This document shows positions 1-9,296 of a stretch of DNA of 64,000 nt, piece after piece (position 1 is the stretch's first letter; the number at the start of each line of letters is the position of its first letter). Below the pieces are notes generated by a model. That model saw only the letters and a list, made by a program, of their open reading frames with translations. It was not told the DNA's origin and ran no database searches. Source of the DNA: Caecitellus pseudoparvulus (Eukaryota > Protista > Bigyra: Bicosoecida); NCBI GenBank assembly GCA_965644315.1, contig CBFFRQ010000019.1, positions 372,001 to 436,000 of the forward strand, read 5' to 3'. The position numbers were made by a program, and so were the translations under genes.

Positions 1-2
1 TA

Positions 3-320
3 AGAAAAATAGAGGGTGTTTTAATTACACCAGGACAACCGCCAATATATACGATTGAAGGTATAGATAATACAGGATACACAAGAAACCAGCTTTTATT
101 AATAGAAGAACCAGAAGAGGAACCAGAAGAAGACGAAGATAATAAACGATACGAAGTAGAGAAGATAACAGGAGAGAAAAAGATTAAGAATAAGAAATAT
201 TATCGTATAAAATGGAAGGGATACAAACAACAAACATACGAACCAGCCCAGACCATAAATTCACAAATACCAGAATTAGTAAAAAATTATAAAAAATATA
301 AAAACTCTAAGAAAAAATAA
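3..320 (+). CDS. C-terminal part of a retroviral-type (rve) integrase with chromodomain (5' end outside the window; not in the ORF track)
   Basis: Own translation of frame 3: RKIEGVLITPGQPPIYTIEGIDNTGYTRNQLLL...YEVEKITGEKKIKNKKYYRIKWKGYKQQTYEPAQTINSQIPELVKNY...stop at 318-320. YEVEKI...Y.IKWKGY...TYEP is a chromodomain, and the preceding PGQPP.Y...YTRNQL segment resembles the C-terminal region of Polinton/mavirus-type integrases. The catalytic DDE core is not visible. Confidence 0.75.
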   Translation, partial: RKIEGVLITPGQPPIYTIEGIDNTGYTRNQLLLIEEPEEEPEEDEDNKRYEVEKITGEKKIKNKKYYRIKWKGYKQQTYEPAQTINSQIPELVKNYKKYKNSKKK

Positions 321-351
321 TTCTTTAAAAATATTTTCTAAAGCATGATAT

Positions 352-813
352 ATGGATTTTATAAAACCAACTCAAAAATATATAAATAGTCTTAATAAAT
401 CAAGAGATGAAGGATTTAATAAAGAACGCCAAGTTTTAAAAAGACTTAATAAAATAACCAAAAATAAATTTTATAAAACAACAGATTTTTTTAATCATTT
501 TGACTTTATAACAAAAGACGGAAAATATAATATAGAATTAAAAAGCAGAAACAACACATATAACAAATACCCAACAACCATAATAAATATAGAGAAGATA
601 AGATATATAAAAGCCGCTAAATTAGAACATCCTAAAAAACGTTTTTATTTCTTATTTAATTTCTGCGATGGTTTATACTACATTAAATATAAATCAAAAG
701 TATTTGATAAATTCAATATTAAAAATATATGTAGGCATGATAGAGATATTGTAAAACTTCATTTAGAAATACCCATTTCAAAACTAAAACCAATAGAAAA
801 GATTAAAATATAA
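352..813 (+). CDS. PD-(D/E)xK-superfamily nuclease-like protein
   Basis: E...HFDF...IELKSR motif arrangement; 153 aa, basic; TCTA motif upstream. Confidence 0.65.
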   Translation: MDFIKPTQKYINSLNKSRDEGFNKERQVLKRLNKITKNKFYKTTDFFNHFDFITKDGKYNIELKSRNNTYNKYPTTIINIEKIRYIKAAKLEHPKKRFYFLFNFCDGLYYIKYKSKVFDKFNIKNICRHDRDIVKLHLEIPISKLKPIEKIKI

Positions 814-847
814 ATATATTTTAATAATGTTTATTAAAATATATTTA
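811..847. terminator. Perfect 17-bp AT-rich hairpin between convergent genes (giant-virus-type polyadenylation hairpin)
   Basis: TAAATATATTTTAATAA-TGT-TTATTAAAATATATTTA, starting at the stop codon of the nuclease gene. Confidence 0.75.
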
Positions 848-945
848 AAATTAGTTTTATTTTTGTCTCTTATTTTTTGTTTTTTACTTTTTTATTTAAC
901 ACCTTAAGAGCGTCTTAATAAAAACCCTATATTTTTAAGTCGTTT

Positions 946-1509
946 TTAGAACTTATTTGATAATTTAAAAGTAGCTTTTATAACGTTGTATAATTCATCA
1001 TAAGAAGAAAAGATATTTAATAAATCTTGACCGCAGCTGCTTATTAATTCTAATCTGTTAGATTCAACTTTTTTTAATTCATCAGCGGGGATATTTTGCG
1101 TGATTTTTCTAAATAAATCATTAGAAGGGGTTAAGCATACGATTGCTTTATCTTCAACACCAAGAAATTTAGCCTCATCAATAGAAGAAACAACCAATAA
1201 TAATGAGTGGTCTTTTAAATCTTTTCTAAGTTTATTAACATATTCTTTAGCTTTTACTAAATAATTTACGTTAGAATTTACCGAGTTTTCACGTGGCACA
1301 CTTTCGCCAACATCAACTAAAAGAACTTTATTATTGCCTTTTAATTTTTCGCACATTCTACTTTTTCCAGTTTTAGAGCTCATCACAACAGCCCCAAATT
1401 TTACTGCTTTAAATTTTTTAGCTCTTCCATTTTTCCAACAATTATAAGAGCTTTTAACGCCTAACGATACTAAGGCGCCGCCTACCATTAATCCTGTTTC
1501 TAAATTCAT
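946..1509 (-). CDS. Hypothetical protein with an N-terminal hydrophobic segment and a degenerate P-loop (kinase-like)
   Basis: GAVVMSSKTGKS followed by LLVDV; TCTA motif upstream of the ATG. Confidence 0.5.
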   Translation of the reverse strand: MNLETGLMVGGALVSLGVKSSYNCWKNGRAKKFKAVKFGAVVMSSKTGKSRMCEKLKGNNKVLLVDVGESVPRENSVNSNVNYLVKAKEYVNKLRKDLKDHSLLLVVSSIDEAKFLGVEDKAIVCLTPSNDLFRKITQNIPADELKKVESNRLELISSCGQDLLNIFSSYDELYNVIKATFKLSNKF

Positions 1510-1572
1510 AATATATATTATACTAGAGATTTTTTATTTTTTTATTAATCGTCTTTAATAATTTATTTATCT

Positions 1573-2397
1573 TTATGATTTATATATAATATGAATTTTT
1601 TTATTTTTATTAATTTGATAAATTCCCCCGTATTCTTCATAATAGAATTTTTTAAAAATGTAGTTTAAAACGTCAATTTTATTCATAACAAATAAACAAT
1701 TTTTATTATTATTCATGAATTTATATATATCTAAATATATAGTTGTCCCGTCAGTATATTTTATTTTCTTATTTTTTCCTTTGAAAGTGTATGCGTATTC
1801 AGTATTACAAGAATTAAAATAAGGAGGGTCAAAATAATATAATATTTTCTTATTTTTATATTTTTTTTTAGTTTGTTTTAAAAAATCGTTAAGTTCTAAA
1901 TTAGAAAATTCACATTTTGAAAACATTTTAATATAATCGTCTTTCTTTTTTAGGAAATTATTTATTTTTGTTTCAAATTTATCAATTCCACAAATACCAA
2001 GACATTTAGAAGATATTAATTTTAATAAATAATTTTCATATTTTATTTTATTTTCTTTTTGTTTTAAATATTGAGTTAATTTTTTATCGTTCGTTTCTTT
2101 ATTTAATTCTAATTCATTATATAATTTATTTTTATAATCAATAATAAAATTTAATGTTCCGTCAAAGTCGTTTTTTAAATCATTATAAAATTTAATTATT
2201 TGTGGGTCAATATCATTAATTAAAAATTTAATATTATTATTATCTTTATGTTTTAAAAAATAATATCTACTAAATCCAAAAATACCAGCACAAGGTTCAG
2301 CTATATAATCAAAATCAGAATTTTCAACAAAATCATTTAAATATTTCTTTGTTTCTAGATATTTATTTCCATTATAATTAAAAATAAATCTATCCAT
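1573..2397 (-). CDS. D12-class N6-adenine DNA methyltransferase (Dam-like)
   Basis: FNYNGNK, EPCAG, INDID and catalytic YFDPPY motifs in D12-family order. Confidence 0.9.
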   Translation of the reverse strand: MDRFIFNYNGNKYLETKKYLNDFVENSDFDYIAEPCAGIFGFSRYYFLKHKDNNNIKFLINDIDPQIIKFYNDLKNDFDGTLNFIIDYKNKLYNELELNKETNDKKLTQYLKQKENKIKYENYLLKLISSKCLGICGIDKFETKINNFLKKKDDYIKMFSKCEFSNLELNDFLKQTKKKYKNKKILYYFDPPYFNSCNTEYAYTFKGKNKKIKYTDGTTIYLDIYKFMNNNKNCLFVMNKIDVLNYIFKKFYYEEYGGIYQINKNKKIHIIYKS

Positions 2398-2406
2398 ATT
2401 AAATAC

Positions 2407-2703
2407 CTAGACAAAAAAATATTTAAAATTTTTAAAAAACATTTCATTATATGTTTTAACGGCATCTTTTAAATTATCATCATCACCCCATAATAAAAAG
2501 AATGATAAATAACCCGGTCTTTTAGGGTCATACGTTAATAAATCTTTTTCGTGTCTTTTTCTGTAATTTTTACGTTTTCTTTTATCTTTATGGTCTATAT
2601 ATGTTTCTCCTCCATTATATCCAAAATGTGCTTTAGTTCCATCATTAAATATAGCGACGAAACGTTTATTTTTTCTATTACTTTTTTTAATATCAATAAT
2701 CAT
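2407..2703 (-). CDS. Small basic NCLDV-type protein (DUF5754-like)
   Basis: KKSNRKNKRF...HFG...YIDHKD...Y.KRH...PGYLS..LLW pattern; paralog at 20538-20813. Confidence 0.75.
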   Translation of the reverse strand: MIIDIKKSNRKNKRFVAIFNDGTKAHFGYNGGETYIDHKDKRKRKNYRKRHEKDLLTYDPKRPGYLSFFLLWGDDDNLKDAVKTYNEMFFKNFKYFFV

Positions 2704-2721
2704 TATAAAAACATATATAAT

Positions 2722-4620
2722 TTAATTTGATATTCTATCCATTTTATATGTTATTTCAACGTCAATATTTTCATTTATATTGCTTTTCACTGCCACATTC
2801 CACGTAGGAAAATTACCCGCTGAAGATACCGTCATAACCTTAGATAATGTAATTTGTCCGTAGTTTTTAGCTGCTTCAGCTTCCATAAATATTCGCCCGA
2901 TTGTGTTATCCTCACCTGAAGCAGAATTAGGAACGGTCATTCTACCAAATACAACGGCTGTTGTTTGTCCTGGTCCGTCTATTACTAAATTAAAAGTAGC
3001 ACTTAAAATATATGTTCCTGTTTGGTATGATTCAACGGGAATTGTAGCATCCATAGTAAATGTTTTCCAAGTGTTAGCGGTGAAAACATCATTAAGAGCT
3101 ATTTTATAACTTTGAAAATTTGCTGTTCTTGCTAATAATTGCCCGTAATTTATGGCGTGATATTGTGTTGTTCCATCCTTTAACCATTCAATATTCCTAT
3201 TACCCATATCTAATTTAACGCTTGTTTTAATTTCTGTATTAGAAACTGAGAAACGCTGAACCTCACCGCCTCCATTATTACAAAAGAAGGCGTGTTCTGA
3301 ACTTGAACCACCGGACATATTAACATATCTTGTTTCGTTATTTAATTGTTCTATCCAATATGAAACCAAAGAACCATCAGGACGAATTAACGTTAATTTA
3401 TCAGCTTGAATCTCTCCGACATCTTCAATATTATTACCGTTTAAATTAATATTATTGTTAAAACTGCTACCACCCGCCACACTATCAACATAGGCTTTAT
3501 TTGCTCCATCTGTCCCTATTGTAGGAGTTGCCACATTTTCGATTTTATTATTATTCATATCTAATAAAGCTTCTATGCTTGTAATTCCTGAAAATGTTTT
3601 ATTTCCTGCTACACTTTGATTTCCTGTAAGTTTGACGCAGGTATTAATTAAATCATCAACATATTTTTTATTGGTTAAGCAATCATCATTATTAGCGGTG
3701 TCAGTTTGGAAAATACGGCAACTAGGACTTAAATAAATAGCCCCTGTGTTATAAAAATATGTTAGTTGTTTATTTGGGTCGTTTCCAATTCTAAATTGAG
3801 CGGTTGAGGCGTTTTTAGCTGATAAAGTTAAAATTTTATTATTATCGTCTTGATTTAATAAAACTTCAGTCCCTCCAAATCCTAAATTTCCGTTAATATT
3901 TAATTCATTATCGCTATTATATGTTAAATCCATTGTTGATGAACCATTATCAAAAATTAAAGAAGGGTTAGAGGCTTTATCAAGGGTGACCGTTTCATAT
4001 GTTGGATTAGTAGGGGGTATTGGTGCTGGAGTGCCTTGTGTCGAGTTACCGAGTATCACAAATAAACGATTTGAATTAGTGGGCGGGTCTTCTAATAATA
4101 CCTCTTGAGCGGTTGAAGTTTTACAATTAGCATGTTTAAATTTAAATGTTGTATTAAAATTTGCGTTATTTTTAGCCGATAAATAAATATATTTTGTATT
4201 CGCTGGAAATTGTAGGGCGTCCCCTATGACTTGAATATCGATTAAATGATCGGTGTTTAAAATATCCGCTTCATTACTAGATGAAATATAATTTTCGTCT
4301 TTATCGTAATAATCCAACCTGACATTTAAATTTAATTGTTCGTTTTCTGTTGTTTCAATTTCGCAATAATAATTTAAATTTAATCGTGAATATGTCCCAA
4401 TATCGTCAGGAGCTTTTAAAACATCTTTTAAAGGTTGAGAAAAAAACATAGCTTTATAAGCAGTGTTAGCGTTGATAGTATCTTGAGTTCCAAAAGCAGT
4501 CCCCGCAGTTGAAAAAAAATTAATAGCTTCTTTTAATCTTGCCACATTTGATGTTGTTTGTGGTTCATTATATACTATTAATTTATTCATTTCGTATTGA
4601 TTCTTAACATTATTAAACAT
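2722..4620 (-). CDS. Putative virion fibre/adhesin A
   Basis: Trimeric-fibre neck-like motifs LTNKKYVD, ENVATPTIGTDGANKAYVD and HAINYGQL, plus LTGNQSVAGNKTF; directly downstream of the MCP. Confidence 0.7.
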   Translation of the reverse strand: MFNNVKNQYEMNKLIVYNEPQTTSNVARLKEAINFFSTAGTAFGTQDTINANTAYKAMFFSQPLKDVLKAPDDIGTYSRLNLNYYCEIETTENEQLNLNVRLDYYDKDENYISSSNEADILNTDHLIDIQVIGDALQFPANTKYIYLSAKNNANFNTTFKFKHANCKTSTAQEVLLEDPPTNSNRLFVILGNSTQGTPAPIPPTNPTYETVTLDKASNPSLIFDNGSSTMDLTYNSDNELNINGNLGFGGTEVLLNQDDNNKILTLSAKNASTAQFRIGNDPNKQLTYFYNTGAIYLSPSCRIFQTDTANNDDCLTNKKYVDDLINTCVKLTGNQSVAGNKTFSGITSIEALLDMNNNKIENVATPTIGTDGANKAYVDSVAGGSSFNNNINLNGNNIEDVGEIQADKLTLIRPDGSLVSYWIEQLNNETRYVNMSGGSSSEHAFFCNNGGGEVQRFSVSNTEIKTSVKLDMGNRNIEWLKDGTTQYHAINYGQLLARTANFQSYKIALNDVFTANTWKTFTMDATIPVESYQTGTYILSATFNLVIDGPGQTTAVVFGRMTVPNSASGEDNTIGRIFMEAEAAKNYGQITLSKVMTVSSAGNFPTWNVAVKSNINENIDVEITYKMDRISN

Positions 4621-4686
4621 ATTATTAATATAACATATATTATTTTTTTTATTATTTAATATTTCTTAAACAATAAATTAAATTAT

Positions 4687-6510
4687 TTAATTTAATAAAT
4701 TTTGAAGGTTATTTTTTTTACGTCTTCCACCTGTAGTTTTTCCGCCTCCTGTATTTACACCAAGCCCTAATTTATCTAATACGTCGGCTGCTACTTTTCC
4801 TTCCATACCTACATCACGTAAAGCACTTTTACCAAGTTTAGATGCTGCTTTATATGCGTCATGATTTACAATGGATTTTAAACCAGAATTTAATTTTTTC
4901 CAGAAATTAGAACCGCCAATATAACGAGTAAGGCTCATAGTGTCGCCGCTTACAGGTGCTTCAATAACGTCAGCTTCAGAAAGGGGAGCAGTACTGACAG
5001 CACTAGTGCCATTTTCACTCACGAAAAAGCCACTATTAACAGCCATTGTATATAAAATAGGGTTATTAGCAGTTAAACCACTATTATTCACACAATTGAC
5101 ATCAAACTGCATTGTATAATTACCACCAACACCACTAGAAGTGCCAGCAGGTAAAGCAAAATCAACACCAGGACGGAGGATTAAGAAAGAACCAGATAAA
5201 CCAATTTTACCGTTGCCATTTTGACCAGTCCAGGCTTGCCCTAAATATTCGTTATAATCAACATCTAATCCGTTATTTTGTGAAATGTGGAATAATTGCT
5301 GGGTAGTCATTGAAGATAAAATACCGGATACATTATTAAAATTTAATCTAATATCTTTTACAGGTAAATAATAATCGCCAACATCATTATTGCCAGTTAA
5401 TGAAGGTTTAGCATAAATGACAAGCAGATCGGGGATTTGAGAAAGTGTGATAGTTTGAGAACGTAAATTAACACTTGCTCCAGGTGCTACAGTTGTTGAG
5501 CTTGTTGAAATGTAGCGGGGATACTCCATATAAGGCACAACGCTTCTTTTAGGTAAAGGTAAAGACAGAGAAGGAGAACGGAAAACACAATTTACGACGG
5601 CATTTTGAAAGGGGTTTTGACCGTTTAAGCTTACGGGAGAATAAGAGAAATTCCAATCGTCTAATTCAATATGATTTGTGGTATATCTTAGCATTCTTGA
5701 AACATCACCCACATTAAACATTAATTTAATGTTATTCAGCCCATACAAACCTACATTATCCTCTTGACTTTCATTGAAAATAAAGGGTGATAAAATTAAA
5801 TTCTCGGTGACTGTTAATTTAAAATATACGGTTTGACTAAAAGAGGTGGCGTTTCCTGCCTGAATTTGCCATTGATAATCTGCGGCTGTTGCTGGTTCTC
5901 CGTTTTCTTTAACCCATTCAAAACCTTGAAAAGCACCATTTGGCACGTTATCATTATTTAAAGCTTCTTGATATCCTTTTAATACACTGTTGGAAAGTGT
6001 GCGGCTGTCATTATATGAGACGTATTTATCAAGCATAGAAGGCGTGGTTCTGCTTTTATGATTTCTTTTAGAAGCTGACATTTTTAATATTTCATAAATT
6101 ACATCTTGAGAATTCACGGAAACTGTGGAATTATTAATGGTGGCTGTGGTTGTGCTCATACAAGATTGAAAGGGATAAGCAGCAGGGGCGATTGAATCAC
6201 CGGGGGTGAAAACTGGCTGTCCGTTTAAATCGGGGTTTTGAACTGTTCCTGGGAATGCTTCTGGGTTACCGCTTTTAGATGTAATTGTAGCGGTAATTTT
6301 ACCCATAATCTCAACACTTACGGGCATATTTCTATCCATAAACATATTTTGGCTTGGTGCTGTAATATTAAAAGATACTGAAGAACTGGAAGCGGTGGCA
6401 GCTTGAAAAGGTGTATTGCTGATGCTTACTGCTCCTTCATTTACGGCATATCTTGGTTGTGGTTGAACGATTCTAGCGTCCATAACTTTAATTTTTTCAA
6501 TACTAGACAT
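4687..6510 (-). CDS. Virophage major capsid protein A (double jelly-roll)
   Basis: 607 aa. DARIVQ..PRYAV..GA, FNI.APS.N.FMDR, YPF.S...T.TATIN, PYMEYPRY, SQTITLSQIPD and the C-terminal RYIGG/SNFW..L amphipathic tail parallel the Sputnik/YSLV MCP layout. Confidence 0.93.
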   Translation of the reverse strand: MSSIEKIKVMDARIVQPQPRYAVNEGAVSISNTPFQAATASSSSVSFNITAPSQNMFMDRNMPVSVEIMGKITATITSKSGNPEAFPGTVQNPDLNGQPVFTPGDSIAPAAYPFQSCMSTTTATINNSTVSVNSQDVIYEILKMSASKRNHKSRTTPSMLDKYVSYNDSRTLSNSVLKGYQEALNNDNVPNGAFQGFEWVKENGEPATAADYQWQIQAGNATSFSQTVYFKLTVTENLILSPFIFNESQEDNVGLYGLNNIKLMFNVGDVSRMLRYTTNHIELDDWNFSYSPVSLNGQNPFQNAVVNCVFRSPSLSLPLPKRSVVPYMEYPRYISTSSTTVAPGASVNLRSQTITLSQIPDLLVIYAKPSLTGNNDVGDYYLPVKDIRLNFNNVSGILSSMTTQQLFHISQNNGLDVDYNEYLGQAWTGQNGNGKIGLSGSFLILRPGVDFALPAGTSSGVGGNYTMQFDVNCVNNSGLTANNPILYTMAVNSGFFVSENGTSAVSTAPLSEADVIEAPVSGDTMSLTRYIGGSNFWKKLNSGLKSIVNHDAYKAASKLGKSALRDVGMEGKVAADVLDKLGLGVNTGGGKTTGGRRKKNNLQNLLN

Positions 6511-6604
6511 ATAATATAATTTAGAAAATATTTTTAAAAATAAACCCTTATATTTTTTTTTAAAAAATCACGCATTTTGTAAAAAAAAACTAAACTAGAT
6601 ATTT

Positions 6605-7741
6605 TTAATATTTAGGTTGAAATAAAAATTTCATAGATACATTAGATAAATTAGATAATTTAAGAGGCACAAGTTCCCCCGTTAATCTATATTTCCAGTA
6701 AATATTAACGTTAATATTTCTTATAGGTTGTTTAGAATTTGTAAGAGATACGAAACGATATTCAGCACCCGGGATATATGATATATAATCCTTATAGTCG
6801 TAGGCATCGTCTAGAGTTAAACTAATATCAGTAATGATAGGTTCAAAATTAGAAATTGAAGAAACGGCATTAGCATTGTTAGAATTACCAAATTTCACGG
6901 GCTGGCTTACACCTTCACTTATAATAGGTAATAATGAAGAAGTAAAAACAATAGAAGATATAGGGCTCCAATATGTGCCAAGGCTTACGGCTTCTTGTTC
7001 TATTTTAATATAATCTACGCTGTTTAATGTGATAGAGTTTAAACCCTGATAATTACGGGGGATAATTCTATATTGTTTAGTTTCGTCTAAATCGTTGTAT
7101 TCATGCGGATAATGTGATAATAAATTATATAAATTAGAATTAAAAAAGAACGAAAAACCGCCGTCATTATCTGCGGGATAATAAATATCAAATTTTTTAT
7201 TTGCGTTATTATATACTATAAAAGGGCTTATTAAATCTGTAAATGCTGGATAATCAACTTTTATTAATGCGTTTAATTGAGCTATTGAATATGTTATGGC
7301 TTCATTTACTAATTTTATAAAATGGTCGTATGTGTGGCAGTAATAATATTCTTGAGATGCGTTTTGTCCTTCTGTTTCAAAATTTGAAGGTGCTGATAAG
7401 CTTGAATCGTTGCTTTCCCATATTACGGGTTGCGTGTATTCGTATTCATTGCCGCCTATATGATTATATTTAACTGTTATTTTATATACGGTTTTATTTG
7501 GGTTTGTTTGTCCTTCTTCAATTACTGGTATAAATAAAGGTAAATCATTAATACCGTTCATAGTAAAACGAATAATAGACATTTTATATTTTGAGGCATC
7601 ATTAATTAAGGGTACGTCTCGTGTTTCGGAAAAACTGGCTATTGGGTCGTTAATCTTACCTTGGCTCGTGCTTCTTCCGTTGATAATATCAATATTATAA
7701 TAAATATTTTTATCTTCTTGATACATTGTAGAATTTAACAT
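6605..7741 (-). CDS. Virophage minor capsid (penton) protein A
   Basis: NIYYNIDIIN, F.ETR..P.I, Y.MSIIRF, LP.FIP, WSPISSIVFTSSLLPI, IITD, Y.P.AEYR motifs; adjacent to the MCP. Confidence 0.9.
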   Translation of the reverse strand: MLNSTMYQEDKNIYYNIDIINGRSTSQGKINDPIASFSETRDVPLINDASKYKMSIIRFTMNGINDLPLFIPVIEEGQTNPNKTVYKITVKYNHIGGNEYEYTQPVIWESNDSSLSAPSNFETEGQNASQEYYYCHTYDHFIKLVNEAITYSIAQLNALIKVDYPAFTDLISPFIVYNNANKKFDIYYPADNDGGFSFFFNSNLYNLLSHYPHEYNDLDETKQYRIIPRNYQGLNSITLNSVDYIKIEQEAVSLGTYWSPISSIVFTSSLLPIISEGVSQPVKFGNSNNANAVSSISNFEPIITDISLTLDDAYDYKDYISYIPGAEYRFVSLTNSKQPIRNINVNIYWKYRLTGELVPLKLSNLSNVSMKFLFQPKY

Positions 7742-7774
7742 TATTAATATATTAGATAAAATATTTTAATAAAG

Positions 7775-8359
7775 TTATTTTTTTAATAAATCATGAGTAA
7801 ATTTGGTGACTACGTCGTCAAAGTCTTTTAAATTCTTATCTTTTAATGATTTCATTAATTTTTTATAATCTTCTAAAGATAATTTATATAAAAGTAATCT
7901 TGCCGCTGTATGTCTACCACATGTTCCTATGCCTTCTCCTTTTTTTTGGAATTGGTATCTATTATATTCTAAACCATACCCCGCCTGGTCTATCATTCTT
8001 AATAATCGGGGTTCGTCTTGTCCTGTTTGTCTTTCTACTTCTTCGTCTGCGTTTAAATTTTCAGTTGCTGTGTCTGGTGGGTGTCCGTAAGGGTCGAAAT
8101 GCTCTATAATATTTCCTTTTTTAATTAATCCTACCCAATGCCCCACATTAGGGTCAGACGTTAGATATAATAAAATACAACGCCCCTTTTTATCGAAAAT
8201 TTCGTCAATATGTCTATAATTATATAATTTATCATAACTTATAATATTTGTATCATCATTAAATAAATATTCTAAATCACTATTTGATAAATAATAACGT
8301 TTAAGCTGTTCTCTTAATTCTTCGTTATGTTCTGGGTCAGATTTTTTAGATTTTTTCAT
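7775..8359 (-). CDS. Virophage maturation cysteine protease A (adenain/Ulp1-like)
   Basis: GHW...HFDPYG...FQ...TCGRH catalytic His/Asp/Gln/Cys pattern. Confidence 0.92.
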   Translation of the reverse strand: MKKSKKSDPEHNEELREQLKRYYLSNSDLEYLFNDDTNIISYDKLYNYRHIDEIFDKKGRCILLYLTSDPNVGHWVGLIKKGNIIEHFDPYGHPPDTATENLNADEEVERQTGQDEPRLLRMIDQAGYGLEYNRYQFQKKGEGIGTCGRHTAARLLLYKLSLEDYKKLMKSLKDKNLKDFDDVVTKFTHDLLKK

Positions 8360-8398
8360 TATAATATATTATATTATAAAAATATCATATATTATTTT

Positions 8399-9187
8399 TT
8401 AGTCTTCGTCTTGATGTAAAAGATAAGCATAATTTGAAGATAATATATAGTTGGGATAATTTGTAAAAACCGCACACCATCTCCCTAATTTACGTAGTTT
8501 TTTTATTTCGTCTTTATCACATCCTCCATAATTTCTTAACAAATACCCTAATTGATGAGGTGAAGAAGATTGAGGAAAAATAACAATATGAGTTGATTCA
8601 TTTAAAATTAATCGTGTTTTTTTGTAGTTTGTTAGGTTATGAGCAATATAAATCATAGATATTCCCTGATGACGCCCCATAATACATATATCATCAATGA
8701 TTTTTAATATTTTGTCTAAAACGTTTTTTTCTAAAGTTTCAAAATCATCAAAAATATATAGTCCCTCTGTGTCTTCGTTGTTAATATCAAAGTCTTCTAT
8801 AAAATCTTCAATATCTACACGGTGGATAAAATCTAATTCGTCTAATGTTTCGTCTTGTGTTAATTTAGATATTAGATAAATAGGCAGGTCGGGGTTTAAT
8901 CTATGATAATTATTAGATATAATTTTGGCTGTGTAGCTTTTACCTGAACCCGCAGCACCTGGCACATAAAAAATATCACGTTTTCCCTTCTTAGTAGCAG
9001 GGAGAATATTAAAAATTAAATCGTCAGGTAGTTTTATGCTTTTATGTCCGGTGTTTTTATCGGTTAAACATAAGAATTTATTAAAATCTTTATGGTTTTC
9101 ATCACCTTTAACAATGGCAACGGGTGTGTAATCCTTCTTTAATTTATGTTTTATATTTTTATAATCAAGTAATTCAAAACTAGGCAT
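8399..9187 (-). CDS. FtsK/HerA-family genome packaging ATPase A
   Basis: Walker A GAAGSGKS, Walker B YIFDD, arginine-finger motif MGRH, TRLILNE. Confidence 0.92.
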   Translation of the reverse strand: MPSFELLDYKNIKHKLKKDYTPVAIVKGDENHKDFNKFLCLTDKNTGHKSIKLPDDLIFNILPATKKGKRDIFYVPGAAGSGKSYTAKIISNNYHRLNPDLPIYLISKLTQDETLDELDFIHRVDIEDFIEDFDINNEDTEGLYIFDDFETLEKNVLDKILKIIDDICIMGRHQGISMIYIAHNLTNYKKTRLILNESTHIVIFPQSSSPHQLGYLLRNYGGCDKDEIKKLRKLGRWCAVFTNYPNYILSSNYAYLLHQDED

Positions 9188-9202
9188 TATTAAGATTTAG
9201 AA

Positions 9203-9296
9203 AAAAAGATTTACAAAAACTTAAAAAAACTATATATCATGTTGTAATTTCTAGATATTTTATTATAAGTTTTTTAATGTTTTTGTAAATCTTTTT
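9203..9296 (-). terminator. Long imperfect inverted repeat between the 617-aa gene and the ATPase gene
   Basis: AAAAAGATTTACAAAAACTTAAAAAAACT (9203-9231) pairs with AGTTTTTTAATGTTTTTGTAAATCTTTTT (9268-9296); a counterpart is conserved at 27225-27316. Confidence 0.65.
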
